DNA of 64,000 bases from Candidatus Gastranaerophilales bacterium (GTDB taxonomy: Bacteria > Cyanobacteriota > Vampirovibrionia > Gastranaerophilales > Gastranaerophilaceae). A program made the translations under genes and the position numbers. Under the pieces are notes generated by a model. The model was not told the origin of the DNA. It ran no database searches and was given only the letters and a program-made list of their open reading frames with translations. Position 1 is the stretch's first letter. Each line of letters begins with the position of its first letter. The stretch is from positions 3,635-67,634 of the forward strand of contig CALUSB010000003.1 of assembly GCA_944323335.1 (NCBI GenBank), written 5' to 3'. Of this stretch, positions 36,097 through 46,540 are shown piece by piece.

Positions 36097-37567
36097 TTAT
36101 TAAAATCACATCAACCGGTCTTGCAATAAGCCCGTGTGACGGGGGTTTCATATACATAAGAGTTTCTGAAACACTCTTTTTAATTATATTGTCAATTGGC
36201 TCAGAACCTGACCCTTGAAGGATTTTAATACCTATAACATCACCGTTGCTTGCAATTCTAATACTTAACTTTATAACATTATTTTTTGCAAAATCACTTG
36301 ATAAAAGCAGGTCATTTTGCAGATTGAGTTTAATATTTTTACCCACAAGTTGTAAAAATCTTGTGTAGTTACCTTTGTTTGCAATATTTTCAGGCACTTC
36401 CCAGGATATTTTATTTATTGTTGCAACCAGAGGCTCGCCTGTTGTTTGGCTTGCTATTGAATAATCGCTGCCGCTAGTTACACCATACACTTCTTGCGGC
36501 AGATTGTGGTCAGAGGCAAAATCCGCCTGGGATTGAATATCATAGTTAGATTCTTGAGTGTATGAATCGGCATCAGAAATGGAAGAAATATTCGAATTTG
36601 AATTTTTAAAAGCAATAAAGATTGATACAAAAAGAAAAACAAAAATACACACAGCAGTTATAAGTATTTTCTTTTTTCTGCCGCCTATAATTGAAAATAT
36701 TTTTGAGGATTCAATTCTATTATTCTTGTTGAAAATCCCATCTATTATGTTTTTGTACTTTTCATCACTGTAAATATAATAATCCTCATCCGAGGCATTA
36801 TCATCATAGGATTTTTGCACCCTTTTGTTATATATGACATCGTCTAATCCTTCATAAGATGTCGGATAGTTTTGAGCAATTGAAGAAATATTTTTTACAC
36901 CTCTTATTGTTCTGTTAAATTCAAGTACATCCGACAATTTCTTTGTACAAGCAGGACAAGTAACAAGATGCTGCAAAAGAAGCTTTTTATTGCTTGAGGC
37001 AAGTTCTTTGTCAATGTATCGCAAAAACAAGGAAAGGCAATCCAAGTGTTTGCCCGATATCTGCTTTGGAGAAGCAGGTTTTTTTAAGTCTTTAATAAGT
37101 GAAGCAACACTTTTCAAATATATTTCATCTACTATGACAAAATCGTCTTTTGGTCTTAAAAAATCAACATCAGAAGCCTTGAAATAGCCTGCAATTTTGC
37201 CGTCTTTTAATCTGTCACTTAAATCAACCACAACATAAAAATCGGGAGAACAGGAATATTCTTTGTGTGTTTTGGGAATTTTTACCGTATTATCTTTAAA
37301 TCTGCAAATAACATCTATGCGATAGTTGTTTATGTAAATATCGCTTATTCTAAACTCTTCAAAAATTTCAGGGATATTATACAAACCCCTTGTGGTGTTT
37401 ACCTTAAAGCCGCATTCGCTAAAATACTGAGCCGCGCAACTAATAGCCAGAATATCAACAAGGGCTTTTTTTCGCACCATAGGAGAGGACATACGCGCAC
37501 TAATCTTTCTTGCACGGTTTGCCAAATTGTCATTTATTTGCACGGTTGAACCACTATACTCTGACAT
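36086..37567 (-). CDS. Anti-sigma-factor-like membrane protein (zf-HC2 motif, one TM, TonB-C-like C-terminal domain)
   Basis: 493 aa. HLVTCPACTKKL (H-x3-C-x2-C), TM ILITAVCIFVFLFVSIFIAF, C-terminal NGDVIGIKILQGSGSEPIDNIIKKSV...KPP. The N-terminal ~170 aa is possibly DUF1822-like. Confidence 0.6.
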   Translation of the reverse strand: MSEYSGSTVQINDNLANRARKISARMSSPMVRKKALVDILAISCAAQYFSECGFKVNTTRGLYNIPEIFEEFRISDIYINNYRIDVICRFKDNTVKIPKTHKEYSCSPDFYVVVDLSDRLKDGKIAGYFKASDVDFLRPKDDFVIVDEIYLKSVASLIKDLKKPASPKQISGKHLDCLSLFLRYIDKELASSNKKLLLQHLVTCPACTKKLSDVLEFNRTIRGVKNISSIAQNYPTSYEGLDDVIYNKRVQKSYDDNASDEDYYIYSDEKYKNIIDGIFNKNNRIESSKIFSIIGGRKKKILITAVCIFVFLFVSIFIAFKNSNSNISSISDADSYTQESNYDIQSQADFASDHNLPQEVYGVTSGSDYSIASQTTGEPLVATINKISWEVPENIANKGNYTRFLQLVGKNIKLNLQNDLLLSSDFAKNNVIKLSIRIASNGDVIGIKILQGSGSEPIDNIIKKSVSETLMYMKPPSHGLIARPVDVILIISL

Positions 37568-37711
37568 TTAACACTATTCCTCTTCCACTAATAAAATGAC
37601 ACATAAATGTCAACATTTCAACATTTAAACATTAGCTAAACAAAAATTAACATTTCTTAAAAATGTATTCTCCCTTGCTTTTAAAACTCTTTTTGTAATA
37701 AAATATGTGCT

Positions 37712-39772
37712 ATGAGTGATTTTTTATTAGAAATATTAGTACAGGAACTTCCTTATAAGTTCATACCCGATGCGCAAAAACAGCTAAAAGACGCATTTGA
37801 AAAGCTTTTTAGTCAATACGGCATAGAATACAAAACTCTTGATGTTCAAGCGACACCAAGACGTCTTGCCGTTATGGTTTTTGACCTTACCGATAAACAA
37901 AAAGACATTGTAAAAGAAGCCAGAGGGCCTATTTTAAATATAGCGCTTGATGAAAATAAAAACTTCACCCCCGCAGCACTTGGTTTTGCAAAGAAAAACA
38001 ATGCTCAAGAGTCCGACCTTTACATTAAAGACAACTATATCTGGGCAAAAGTTGAAATAAAAGGCAAAAGCACAAAAGAAATTTTAAGCGAAAATATTGA
38101 AGATATAATCTTTAAAATGCAAGGCGCGCACTTTATGCGCTGGGGCAGTCATGAACAAAAGTTCTCCCGCCCGATTGAAAATATTGTAGCACTTTACAAC
38201 AGTGATATTTTGCCCCTTAAAGTTCTTGATAAAACATCTGCAAATACAACTTTAGGGCACAGATTCAGTGCAAATAAGGTTGTAAAAATTACAAATGCAA
38301 AAACTTATGTTGATGATTTAAGAAAAGCAAATGTTATAGTTAATGTTGAAGAGAGAAAAAAAGTTATTGTTGAAAGTGCTAAAAAATGCGCAGATACAAT
38401 AAATACGGTTATTAACTTTGATAATCTTGACGATTTATTGGAAGAAGTTACATATATCACAGAATACCCGATACCCGTTCTTTGTGACTTTGATAAAAAA
38501 TACCTTGAAATACCCGACATTGTAACAACAACTGTTATGTCAAAACACCAAAGGTATTTCCCTCTTTGGCAAAAAGACGGAAAATTATCCAATCACTTTA
38601 TCACTATGGCAAATTTTGTCGGCACAGATAAAGAATCTATGGACAATATCAAAGCAGGTAACCAAAGAGTAGTAAGCGCAAGACTTGAGGACGGCATTTT
38701 CTTTTATAAAGAAGATACAAAAACACCCCTTGTTGATAAGGTTGAGGCCCTAAAGGGTATGACTTTCCAAAAAGGCTTGGGCACACTTTTTGATAAAACT
38801 CAACGCATAATTGAACTCTCAAAACAAATCTGCAAACAGTTAAATGTTGAAGACAAAGACGTATTAAGAAGTGCGCTTTTAGCAAAAGCAGACTTAAGCA
38901 CTCAGCTTGTGTTTGAATTTACTGAACTTCAAGGCTACATTGGCGAAAATTATGCGCTTAAATCAGGTGAAAAACAAAACGTAGCGCTTGCCGTTAAAGA
39001 ACACTATTTCCCGCTGAACGCTTACAGTGAAACAGCCTCGGGCATTGAAGGACAGATAGTTTCTATAGCGGATAAAATCGACACAATTTGCGCCTTATTT
39101 ATCTCAACACAAGGTAAATTAAAGAAAAAACGCCCCACGGGCTCAAATGACCCTCTTGGCGCAAGACGCGCGGCTATAGGGATTTTAAGAACAGTTATCA
39201 ATAATTCCTTGAAGTTTGATTTAAAAACTCTTTTTGATAATTCGCTAAATATGTTATCAAAAGAATTCAATGTAGAACTTGAGGCTGAAACTGCCTCTGA
39301 TGTGTATGAATTTGTACTAAACAGGCTCTCTATAATGTATGAAAAAGAGTATTCTCAAGACTTAATGAAAGCCTGCAGTGTGATTAATCCGCTTGAAAAT
39401 CTTGATGATTATCTAAAGAGGCTTGATTTTCTTAAAACGGAAAACGAAAAAGAAACCTTTAAAACACTTTGCGAAGCGGCAAAAAGGGTACTTAGAATTA
39501 CAAAAGAAGCTAAATATAATGAAGTTAGCGAGGAACTTTTTACACTTGATGAGGAAAAAGAACTCTACGCTGCAATTAAAAAACAAACTCAAAGCCCTGA
39601 TGACCTTGCTAAATACACACTCTCGCTTTGCGAACTTGTTAAACCCATAAATAATTTCTTTGATAAAGTTCTTGTAATGGACAAAGATGAAAAAATCAAA
39701 AACAACAGGATTGCTCTTTTAAACCTTTTAAAAGAAAAATTCTCCCTTGTGTGCGATTTTCAATATTTGTAG
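37712..39772 (+). CDS. glyS: Glycine--tRNA ligase beta subunit
   Basis: 686 aa. LLEILVQELPYKFI start, TPRRLAV, GDKIDT-type motif (ADKIDT). Confidence 0.95.
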   Translation: MSDFLLEILVQELPYKFIPDAQKQLKDAFEKLFSQYGIEYKTLDVQATPRRLAVMVFDLTDKQKDIVKEARGPILNIALDENKNFTPAALGFAKKNNAQESDLYIKDNYIWAKVEIKGKSTKEILSENIEDIIFKMQGAHFMRWGSHEQKFSRPIENIVALYNSDILPLKVLDKTSANTTLGHRFSANKVVKITNAKTYVDDLRKANVIVNVEERKKVIVESAKKCADTINTVINFDNLDDLLEEVTYITEYPIPVLCDFDKKYLEIPDIVTTTVMSKHQRYFPLWQKDGKLSNHFITMANFVGTDKESMDNIKAGNQRVVSARLEDGIFFYKEDTKTPLVDKVEALKGMTFQKGLGTLFDKTQRIIELSKQICKQLNVEDKDVLRSALLAKADLSTQLVFEFTELQGYIGENYALKSGEKQNVALAVKEHYFPLNAYSETASGIEGQIVSIADKIDTICALFISTQGKLKKKRPTGSNDPLGARRAAIGILRTVINNSLKFDLKTLFDNSLNMLSKEFNVELEAETASDVYEFVLNRLSIMYEKEYSQDLMKACSVINPLENLDDYLKRLDFLKTENEKETFKTLCEAAKRVLRITKEAKYNEVSEELFTLDEEKELYAAIKKQTQSPDDLAKYTLSLCELVKPINNFFDKVLVMDKDEKIKNNRIALLNLLKEKFSLVCDFQYL

Positions 39773-40858
39773 ATGAATATACTTTTTGTTACAGACTTAT
39801 ATCCTCTTGAAGATAACCATAAGGGCATTCCAAAAACTATCGAAAACTTTGCCCTTGCACTAAAGGATTTGGGGCATAGTATTTTTGTGCTCAGAGCCGA
39901 TTTAGTTTTTAACACTCTTTTAAGGGGCAGAAAAATATACCCTCAAGGGGAGTATTTTCATAACGGAATAAAAATCATCAACAAAAATTTTCTTTTACCA
40001 AGCTATTTTGGGTTGGATTTTCTCAAAAAAGAAAACTTTGATGTAATAATTTCTCATATGCCATCAGGCACACTTTGTGCCGCTAAAATAAAAGAAAAAT
40101 TTAGAAAACCCCACATTGCCATACTGCACTCAAGCGACATTGAAGTAATGGAAAAATACAAAATTTATTTTTCATCCGCTCTTAAAAAAGCACTAAATAG
40201 TGCAGATAGTATTGGCGCACGCTCGCATTGGATAAAAGAAAAATTTAAAGATAAAGAGGTATTTTTACTTCCATCAGGAATAAAAAAAGAAGATGTAATT
40301 TCTAAAGACAAAGCAATAGAAAAATTTAAAAACACTCATCCTTTAAAAATAGCCTGTGTATCATCTTTCATAAAAAGAAAAAATGTAGCGGTTTTAATTG
40401 ACGCCATAAATAATATAAAAGACATTGATATAGAACTTAAAATATTTGGCACGGGTAGAGGAGAAAAAAAGCTAAAAAAACGGGCGAGCGGGGCAAAAAT
40501 ATACTTTATGGGGCAGATTGAAAAAAACGAAGTACTTAAAAACCTGAGGGATTCACATATGTTTATTCTGCCCTCAATAAAAGAAACCTTTGGCCTAAGC
40601 TACCTTGAGGCTCTTGCAAGCGGCTGCATTACACTATGCAGCAAATCAAGCGGTATGGACGGCTGGATAAAAGACTCATGTAACGGATTTATTATAGAAC
40701 CGAATGCAAAAAATATAGAAAATACAATAAGAAAAGTATATTCGCTAAATATAGACGAACTTACCCAAATATCACAAAACGGGATAAATTTAGCACAAGA
40801 ACTTGAGTATTACAAATGCGCACAAATTTATCTTGAAAATATTAAAAAAATTCTGTAA
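39773..40858 (+). CDS. Glycosyltransferase, GT4-like (GT-B fold)
   Basis: 361 aa. The ATG abuts the glyS stop. C-terminal ETFGLSYLEALASGC (E-x7-E type) motif. Confidence 0.8.
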   Translation: MNILFVTDLYPLEDNHKGIPKTIENFALALKDLGHSIFVLRADLVFNTLLRGRKIYPQGEYFHNGIKIINKNFLLPSYFGLDFLKKENFDVIISHMPSGTLCAAKIKEKFRKPHIAILHSSDIEVMEKYKIYFSSALKKALNSADSIGARSHWIKEKFKDKEVFLLPSGIKKEDVISKDKAIEKFKNTHPLKIACVSSFIKRKNVAVLIDAINNIKDIDIELKIFGTGRGEKKLKKRASGAKIYFMGQIEKNEVLKNLRDSHMFILPSIKETFGLSYLEALASGCITLCSKSSGMDGWIKDSCNGFIIEPNAKNIENTIRKVYSLNIDELTQISQNGINLAQELEYYKCAQIYLENIKKIL

Positions 40859-40911
40859 ATTAAAAATTTTTCATCTATAATTAACTTAAAAGATAAAATA
40901 AGGAAACAAAC

Positions 40912-41565
40912 ATGCAAGCAAGACGAGCTTCAAGAGAATTGGCACTAATTTTATTTTCACAACTTGAAAAAAATCTTGATATATACAAAGATGATGACTT
41001 TGAAAAAATAGTCTTAAAATCAGTAAGAACACTTATAAGTTCTTCAAAAGAAGAACTAAACATCGCTACAAGCGGGCTTTTAGAACTCAGTGAGCACATT
41101 GAAGAGTACGAAAACAATCACCCCGACAACCTTAAACGCCCGATTGACGCCAACAACATACCTGTTCAAATCCCCCTTACAAGCGATATGGCAGGCAGAA
41201 TAAAAACAGTTCTCGGCGTTTGCGATAAGGCACTGAATGCGCTTGAAATTGCAGAGCTTAGCACACTGTCACAAAAAGCGGACGTAAAAGACTACATCAA
41301 CAAAATTGCAATGACTTTCAAAGACAAAAAACAAGACATTGATAATATAATTAAAGAACTGGCTTTTGGCTGGGATATAGACAGATTGTTTAAAATAGAC
41401 AAAGACATTTTAAGAATTTCAATCATAGAGCTTGTGTTTATGAAAGACGCACCGCACAAGGTTGTAATAGATGAAGCACTTGAACTTGCAAAAAAATACT
41501 CAACCGATGACTCACCGTCTTTTATAAACGGTATACTTGCAAAAGTGGTCGAAAGATATGTTTAA
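40912..41565 (+). CDS. nusB: Transcription antitermination factor NusB (long form)
   Basis: 217 aa. RRASRELALILFSQL ... DRLFKIDKDILRISIIELVF ... VIDEALELAKKYSTDDSPSFINGIL. Confidence 0.9.
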   Translation: MQARRASRELALILFSQLEKNLDIYKDDDFEKIVLKSVRTLISSSKEELNIATSGLLELSEHIEEYENNHPDNLKRPIDANNIPVQIPLTSDMAGRIKTVLGVCDKALNALEIAELSTLSQKADVKDYINKIAMTFKDKKQDIDNIIKELAFGWDIDRLFKIDKDILRISIIELVFMKDAPHKVVIDEALELAKKYSTDDSPSFINGILAKVVERYV

Positions 41566-42493
41566 TTTCTTTAAAAAAGATGACAAAAATATCATCTCAA
41601 GCGGTTTTGAAGCACTTAAAAATGCGCTTTCAAAAACTTCAAAAACGCTTATTGATAATGTAGTTGAGGCGGCCTCAGGAAGTGAGGAGATAGATGAATT
41701 TACCCTTGATGACATTGAATCAATGCTTATAAAGGCTGATTTGGGGGTGGATTTAAGTGTTGAGATAGTAAATAAAATAAAAGATAAAAATCTAAAGTCA
41801 TCTCAGCTTAAAAACTTTTTAAAAGAAGAATTTGAAAACATTCTTGACGCTGCAGGTTCAAATGAGCTTAATTACAGAGAAAATTCTCTTAATATCTACT
41901 TTATAGTAGGTGTTAACGGCGCGGGCAAGACTACACTTATCGGCAAGCTTGCAAAAAAATTCAAAGACGAAGGCAAAAAAGTCCTCCTTGCAGCAGGCGA
42001 CACTTTCCGAGCTGCAGCAGAAGAGCAGCTTGATATCTGGGCAAAAAGAGCAGATGTTGAAATTGTAAGAAGAGATAAAGCAGACAGCGCAAGCGTTGTG
42101 TACGAAGCCATTGATAAAGCTAAAAAAGAAAATTTTGACGTAATTATTGTGGATACTGCAGGCAGACTGCAGAATAAATTTAACCTGATTGAAGAGTTAA
42201 AAAAGATAAAAAATGTAATCGACAAAAATGCACCCGAAGCCCTTGCAGAGAGCATTTTGGTACTTGATGCCAATCTTGGTCAAAACGGACTTTCTCAGGC
42301 CAAAGTTTTTAAAGAGGCGCTTAATTTGACCTCTGTAGCTATAACAAAACTTGACGGCTCAGCAAAAGGCGGCATTATAATAGCCATTGCAAAAGAATTC
42401 TCTCTGCCCGCCAAACTGGTTGGCATAGGAGAGAGAACTCAAGATTTAAAAAACTTTGACCGCAAAGAATTTATTGAGGCTATATTTGACTAA
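41558..42493 (+). CDS. ftsY: Signal recognition particle receptor FtsY
   Basis: ATG 41558 (MFNFFKK) is preferred over the TTG at 41537. Motifs: GVNGAGKTTLIGKLA, DTAGR, TKLDGSAKGG. Confidence 0.9.
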   Translation: MFNFFKKDDKNIISSGFEALKNALSKTSKTLIDNVVEAASGSEEIDEFTLDDIESMLIKADLGVDLSVEIVNKIKDKNLKSSQLKNFLKEEFENILDAAGSNELNYRENSLNIYFIVGVNGAGKTTLIGKLAKKFKDEGKKVLLAAGDTFRAAAEEQLDIWAKRADVEIVRRDKADSASVVYEAIDKAKKENFDVIIVDTAGRLQNKFNLIEELKKIKNVIDKNAPEALAESILVLDANLGQNGLSQAKVFKEALNLTSVAITKLDGSAKGGIIIAIAKEFSLPAKLVGIGERTQDLKNFDRKEFIEAIFD

Positions 42494-43432
42494 TTATAGC
42501 CCATGTTCGTCAAACCATCTTTCCCAGTCGGTTCTTTTATCTGAAGGGCCATCATCGTCATCATAAATAACCTCTTCAGGCTCTTCTTTATTATCAACCG
42601 TTACACCAAAGAAGATAAATTTGTAATCATCAAATCGCTTTCTCAAGCTTCTTGGAGGTCCAAAGAACTTATCTTTATGTTCCCTTAAATACCTTAAAAT
42701 ATCAGCCGAATCAAACTCTTGAGTTAAAAGCTGATGGTAAGGGCTTTTAACACCGAGCTTTTGGACACTTTTAGACACAGAGGGTTTTATTGTTCTTGTT
42801 GTCTTATCATTGTATATCTTATAGGCAAACTCTCTTGCTTCATCTTCGTCGTTAATAGGCTTACCGTATCTTTCTAAAGAAAGAAGATTCATAGCACGCC
42901 CTATATCATCTTTTATGAGTGCTCTCATATATGGCATACGTTGTGCTTCTCTCATTTGAGCCGTTTTAGGGTTAATATAATCATCTTCATTAACACCCTC
43001 AAGTTTTTTACTGTCTCTCCAAAGACCTGCTATAATTTCTTCAAACTCCTGACAACTGGGATATCTTACATAGTCGTCTTTTTCAGGATAAGTTGAAGCG
43101 GCCGCACAACATAGATTAAAATATTCTTTCATGCATCTGTCTAAATCCCAGCTTGTCGGCATTGCATGTCCTGCAGCATATGCAAAAGACCTTGCATAAA
43201 TTGCAAGATTATGTACAATTCCTTCTTTACCGGCATTAATGACCTCGGGCCTATAAATTACAACTACAGGCTGCTTTCTTCTGCCGAAAGCAGGATTTGT
43301 TTTTACAAAAGTATCTTGAATATTATTTTGAAAAGCTTTTGTATTTTGATAACCGTTAATGGGTACAGAATAATTTGAACCGGCATAGATATTTTTTGCA
43401 GGGGAATATGCCGTATTAAAATCAACTTTCAT
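42494..43432 (-). CDS. Hypothetical protein with the shared N-terminal module and an acidic C-terminal tail
   Basis: 312 aa. SD-like AAGGA 7 nt upstream. No TM and no recognisable family. Coding-like composition. The stop abuts the ftsY stop. Confidence 0.6.
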   Translation of the reverse strand: MKVDFNTAYSPAKNIYAGSNYSVPINGYQNTKAFQNNIQDTFVKTNPAFGRRKQPVVVIYRPEVINAGKEGIVHNLAIYARSFAYAAGHAMPTSWDLDRCMKEYFNLCCAAASTYPEKDDYVRYPSCQEFEEIIAGLWRDSKKLEGVNEDDYINPKTAQMREAQRMPYMRALIKDDIGRAMNLLSLERYGKPINDEDEAREFAYKIYNDKTTRTIKPSVSKSVQKLGVKSPYHQLLTQEFDSADILRYLREHKDKFFGPPRSLRKRFDDYKFIFFGVTVDNKEEPEEVIYDDDDGPSDKRTDWERWFDEHGL

Positions 43433-43539
43433 CTTAAAATCCTTCTTTTCTCGTGTTGGTGATGTAAATTATGAGTAAATTCTAGCAAAGTTCAAAAAAA
43501 CATACAATTATAATTGTCAAGATTTTAACAAAACTTTAT

Positions 43540-45174
43540 TTAAGATTTTAACAATTCTTTTGCAAACGAAACAGATATACTGTTAACTTCGCCTGACGCC
43601 AAAGTTGCAAGCGCCTCAAGTCTTTTTTCTTGCGTGTCAAGTTTTTCAACGCACACTTTTGTCCTATCATCCTGACTTTTTGACACCTTAAAGTGCGCAT
43701 TAGCATGAGCTGCAATTATCGGCTGGTGAGTAATTGCAAAAACCTGTATATCTTTTGATAAATTTGAAATAGCCTCAGCTACAGCGTTTGACGCCCTGCC
43801 TGAAATTCCCGTGTCAATTTCGTCAAAAATTATCGTCGATAGCGAGTCAACTTTTGCAAAAACACATTTTATAGCAAGCATAACTCTTGAAATTTCACCG
43901 CCTGAGGCCACTTTAGCTAAAGGCGCAAGAGAAGATGAAACATTTGTTGTAATTAAAAATTCAACATCATCAATCCCTTTAACATCTGCCTTTTTATCTT
44001 CTATACTTATTTCAAATTCAGCCTTAGAAAGCTCTAATTTTCTAAGCTCTTGCACAATTAATCCGCTAAGCTCGCCTGCGTATTTTTTTCTTTTTAAAGA
44101 TAAAGCATAAGATAATTCATCAACCTTTTTTTCAAGCTCATTTTGCCTTGCCTCAAGTTCATCAACGGAAGAAAAATCGCCCTCGATTTCGCTTAATTGT
44201 GCGGCAAATTTTTCTCTTGCTTCAAAAATATCGCCGTATTTTCTTTTTAATTTTAGAATAAGCGACATTCTCTCGTTTATCTCATCAAGCCTTTGGGGGT
44301 TATTTTCAAGGTTTTGCGAGTATTCTCTTAAAAAATCCGAGCAAAATTTAAGATTTTCATGTGCTTCAATGAAAGAGTTCTCTACTTCCCTTAGTCTTTC
44401 ATCACAATCACAAGAGCGAGAGAGGAGTCCTTTCATTTTAGCTAAAGCATCAATCACGCCGTCATCTGAGCCAAGAGAATAATAAATACCCTCGGTTGCC
44501 TCTTTTAGAGATTGCACATTAGAGAGCACTTCAAGTTCGCGCTCAAGTTGCGCTTCCTCGTCCACTCCGACATCGGCGCTATCAAGCTCATTTAGTTGGA
44601 ACTTTAGAAAATCAATTTCTTGAAGATTTTTAGAATTATTTTCACGAAGTGTGGTCAGTTTTTTTGTTGTTTCTGTATAATCTTTAAAAATATCGACATA
44701 CAATGAAAGATTATTTGTAAATTCTTCGTCAACGCTTTTTATATAAGCATCTAAAAGTTCAATATGATACTTTGGTAAAACATAAGTATAGCTTTGATTT
44801 TGAGAATGTATATCAACGAGGTGTTCTCTTAATTCTTTTATATAGTCAAGATTTACAAGTGCACCGTTTAGTCTGCACTTTTGAGAAGTTTGCGTTATTT
44901 CTCTTGAAATAACCGTTTCCTCACACAGGTCAAAATCTTTTAGTGTTGATTCTTCTTTTTTTGAATGAGAAAAAGTTATCTCAATTAAAGCGGATTTTGT
45001 TTTATCAAAAATAACATCCTTTTGCACCCTTGCACCAAGGACTGTATCTATTGCCTTTAAGATAATACTTTTACCGGCGCCTGTTTCACCCGTCAGAACA
45101 TTAAAACCATCTTCAAACTCTAAAAACAGTTCATCAATAAGTATAAAATTTTTAATCAATACAGATTTAATCAT
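43540..45174 (-). CDS. recN: DNA repair protein RecN
   Basis: 544 aa. GETGAGKSIILKAID Walker A, long coiled coil, ASGGEISRVMLA signature, IFDEIDTGISG. Confidence 0.95.
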   Translation of the reverse strand: MIKSVLIKNFILIDELFLEFEDGFNVLTGETGAGKSIILKAIDTVLGARVQKDVIFDKTKSALIEITFSHSKKEESTLKDFDLCEETVISREITQTSQKCRLNGALVNLDYIKELREHLVDIHSQNQSYTYVLPKYHIELLDAYIKSVDEEFTNNLSLYVDIFKDYTETTKKLTTLRENNSKNLQEIDFLKFQLNELDSADVGVDEEAQLERELEVLSNVQSLKEATEGIYYSLGSDDGVIDALAKMKGLLSRSCDCDERLREVENSFIEAHENLKFCSDFLREYSQNLENNPQRLDEINERMSLILKLKRKYGDIFEAREKFAAQLSEIEGDFSSVDELEARQNELEKKVDELSYALSLKRKKYAGELSGLIVQELRKLELSKAEFEISIEDKKADVKGIDDVEFLITTNVSSSLAPLAKVASGGEISRVMLAIKCVFAKVDSLSTIIFDEIDTGISGRASNAVAEAISNLSKDIQVFAITHQPIIAAHANAHFKVSKSQDDRTKVCVEKLDTQEKRLEALATLASGEVNSISVSFAKELLKS

Positions 45175-45977
45175 TATTTGTTAGGCGCAATTCCCCAGTG
45201 GAGTTTTTCTCTTAAAATATCATAAAAATGGCAGCAGTCGTTGTTTAATAGCAACAGTTTAGAATATCTTGAATGTTTTTCAATACAGACTTCGTTTTTC
45301 ACAATGCAAGCGTCCTGACCGTCTGATGTCATCTGAAAATCCTTGGGCGCTTCCGATGTTGTAATTTTAATGTGTTCCGATGTAGGTACGACAATAGGTC
45401 TGGCATTTAGCGTATGAGGACATATTGGAACTATTACAAAGCACTCAAGATTTGGAGATATAATAGGCCCTCCTGCAGACAAAGCATAAGCGGTTGAACC
45501 CGTAGGGGTAGAGATAATCAACCCGTCAGCTAAATACGAGCATAGTTTAATGTCGTTAATATAAAGATTCAGGGTTGATGTGCGAGAATACGTTGCACCT
45601 CTTATAACCATGTCATTTAGCGCTATAGCACCTGTAGTGGGGGATTTTAGCATGGTTCTTTTTTCAATTCTAAAATCTCCGGATTTTATCTTGTTTACAA
45701 CTTTTTCGATTTCATTTGGCATAGCCTGAGCTAAAAAACCAAGCCGCCCCATATTAAAACCAAACAAAACAGCATCTGTTTGCGAGTATTTTCTTGCACA
45801 TTTTAAAAGCGTACCGTCCCCGCCCACAACTATTACAAAACTTGCACTATCGGGCATTTCATCCAATGAAAAAGCGCAAGAATTTTCAAAAGAGCAGCAC
45901 AGTTTTTGCGAGAGCTCTTTTGCACCATCAATTTCAGGATTATAAACTATTATAGTTTTTTCTAAACTTAATTCCAT
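45174..45977 (-). CDS. nadK: NAD kinase
   Basis: 267 aa. GGDGTLL, STPTGSTAYALSAGGPI. Confidence 0.9.
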   Translation of the reverse strand: MELSLEKTIIVYNPEIDGAKELSQKLCCSFENSCAFSLDEMPDSASFVIVVGGDGTLLKCARKYSQTDAVLFGFNMGRLGFLAQAMPNEIEKVVNKIKSGDFRIEKRTMLKSPTTGAIALNDMVIRGATYSRTSTLNLYINDIKLCSYLADGLIISTPTGSTAYALSAGGPIISPNLECFVIVPICPHTLNARPIVVPTSEHIKITTSEAPKDFQMTSDGQDACIVKNEVCIEKHSRYSKLLLLNNDCCHFYDILREKLHWGIAPNK

Positions 45978-45978
45978 T

Positions 45979-46479
45979 TTATCTGTAATTTACAAATTGC
46001 AAAGGTATATTAAAACTGTCTTCTTTTTCTTTTAAAAGTTTAATAACGTCTTGCAAATCGTCTTTACTCTTTCCGCTTACACGAACCTGCTCGCCCTGAA
46101 TTGATGCTTGCACTTTTAGTTTTGAATCTTTAATTGCAGCAGTTATTTTTTTTGCAAGCTCCTGACTAAGACCTTTTTTAAGGTTGAATACCTGCCTTAC
46201 ATTCCCGCCCAGTGCAGCCTCAGGGGTTTGAGCATCGAGAATTTTTATACTCAGATTTCTTTTAATCATTTTTGTTTGCAGAATATCTAAAATATTTCTC
46301 AGCTTTAAATCATCACTTGTTGTAATAGTGATAGATTTGTCCGCATCAAGAGTAATATCAGAATTTGAACCTTTTAGGTCAAATCTGGAATTAAGTTCGC
46401 GCTTAACCTGGTCAACCGCGTTTACAAGCTCTTGTTTATCAAACTCGGACACAACATCAAAACTGCAATCTTTTGCCAT
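45979..46479 (-). CDS. yajQ: YajQ-family nucleotide-binding protein (UPF0234)
   Basis: 166 aa. SFDVVSEFDKQELVNAVDQVKRELNSRFDLKG. Confidence 0.9.
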   Translation of the reverse strand: MAKDCSFDVVSEFDKQELVNAVDQVKRELNSRFDLKGSNSDITLDADKSITITTSDDLKLRNILDILQTKMIKRNLSIKILDAQTPEAALGGNVRQVFNLKKGLSQELAKKITAAIKDSKLKVQASIQGEQVRVSGKSKDDLQDVIKLLKEKEDSFNIPLQFVNYR

Positions 46480-46494
46480 TTTTCACCCCATCTT

Positions 46495-46522
46495 TTTAAA
46501 AAAGGGGATTTTCATCCCCTTT
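46495..46522 (-). terminator. Intrinsic terminator after rpsU
   Basis: On the minus strand, AAAGGGGAU-GAAA-AUCCCCUUU is followed by UUU. It lies 19 nt downstream of the rpsU stop. Confidence 0.55.
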
Positions 46523-46540
46523 ATATCCTTATACTAAAAT

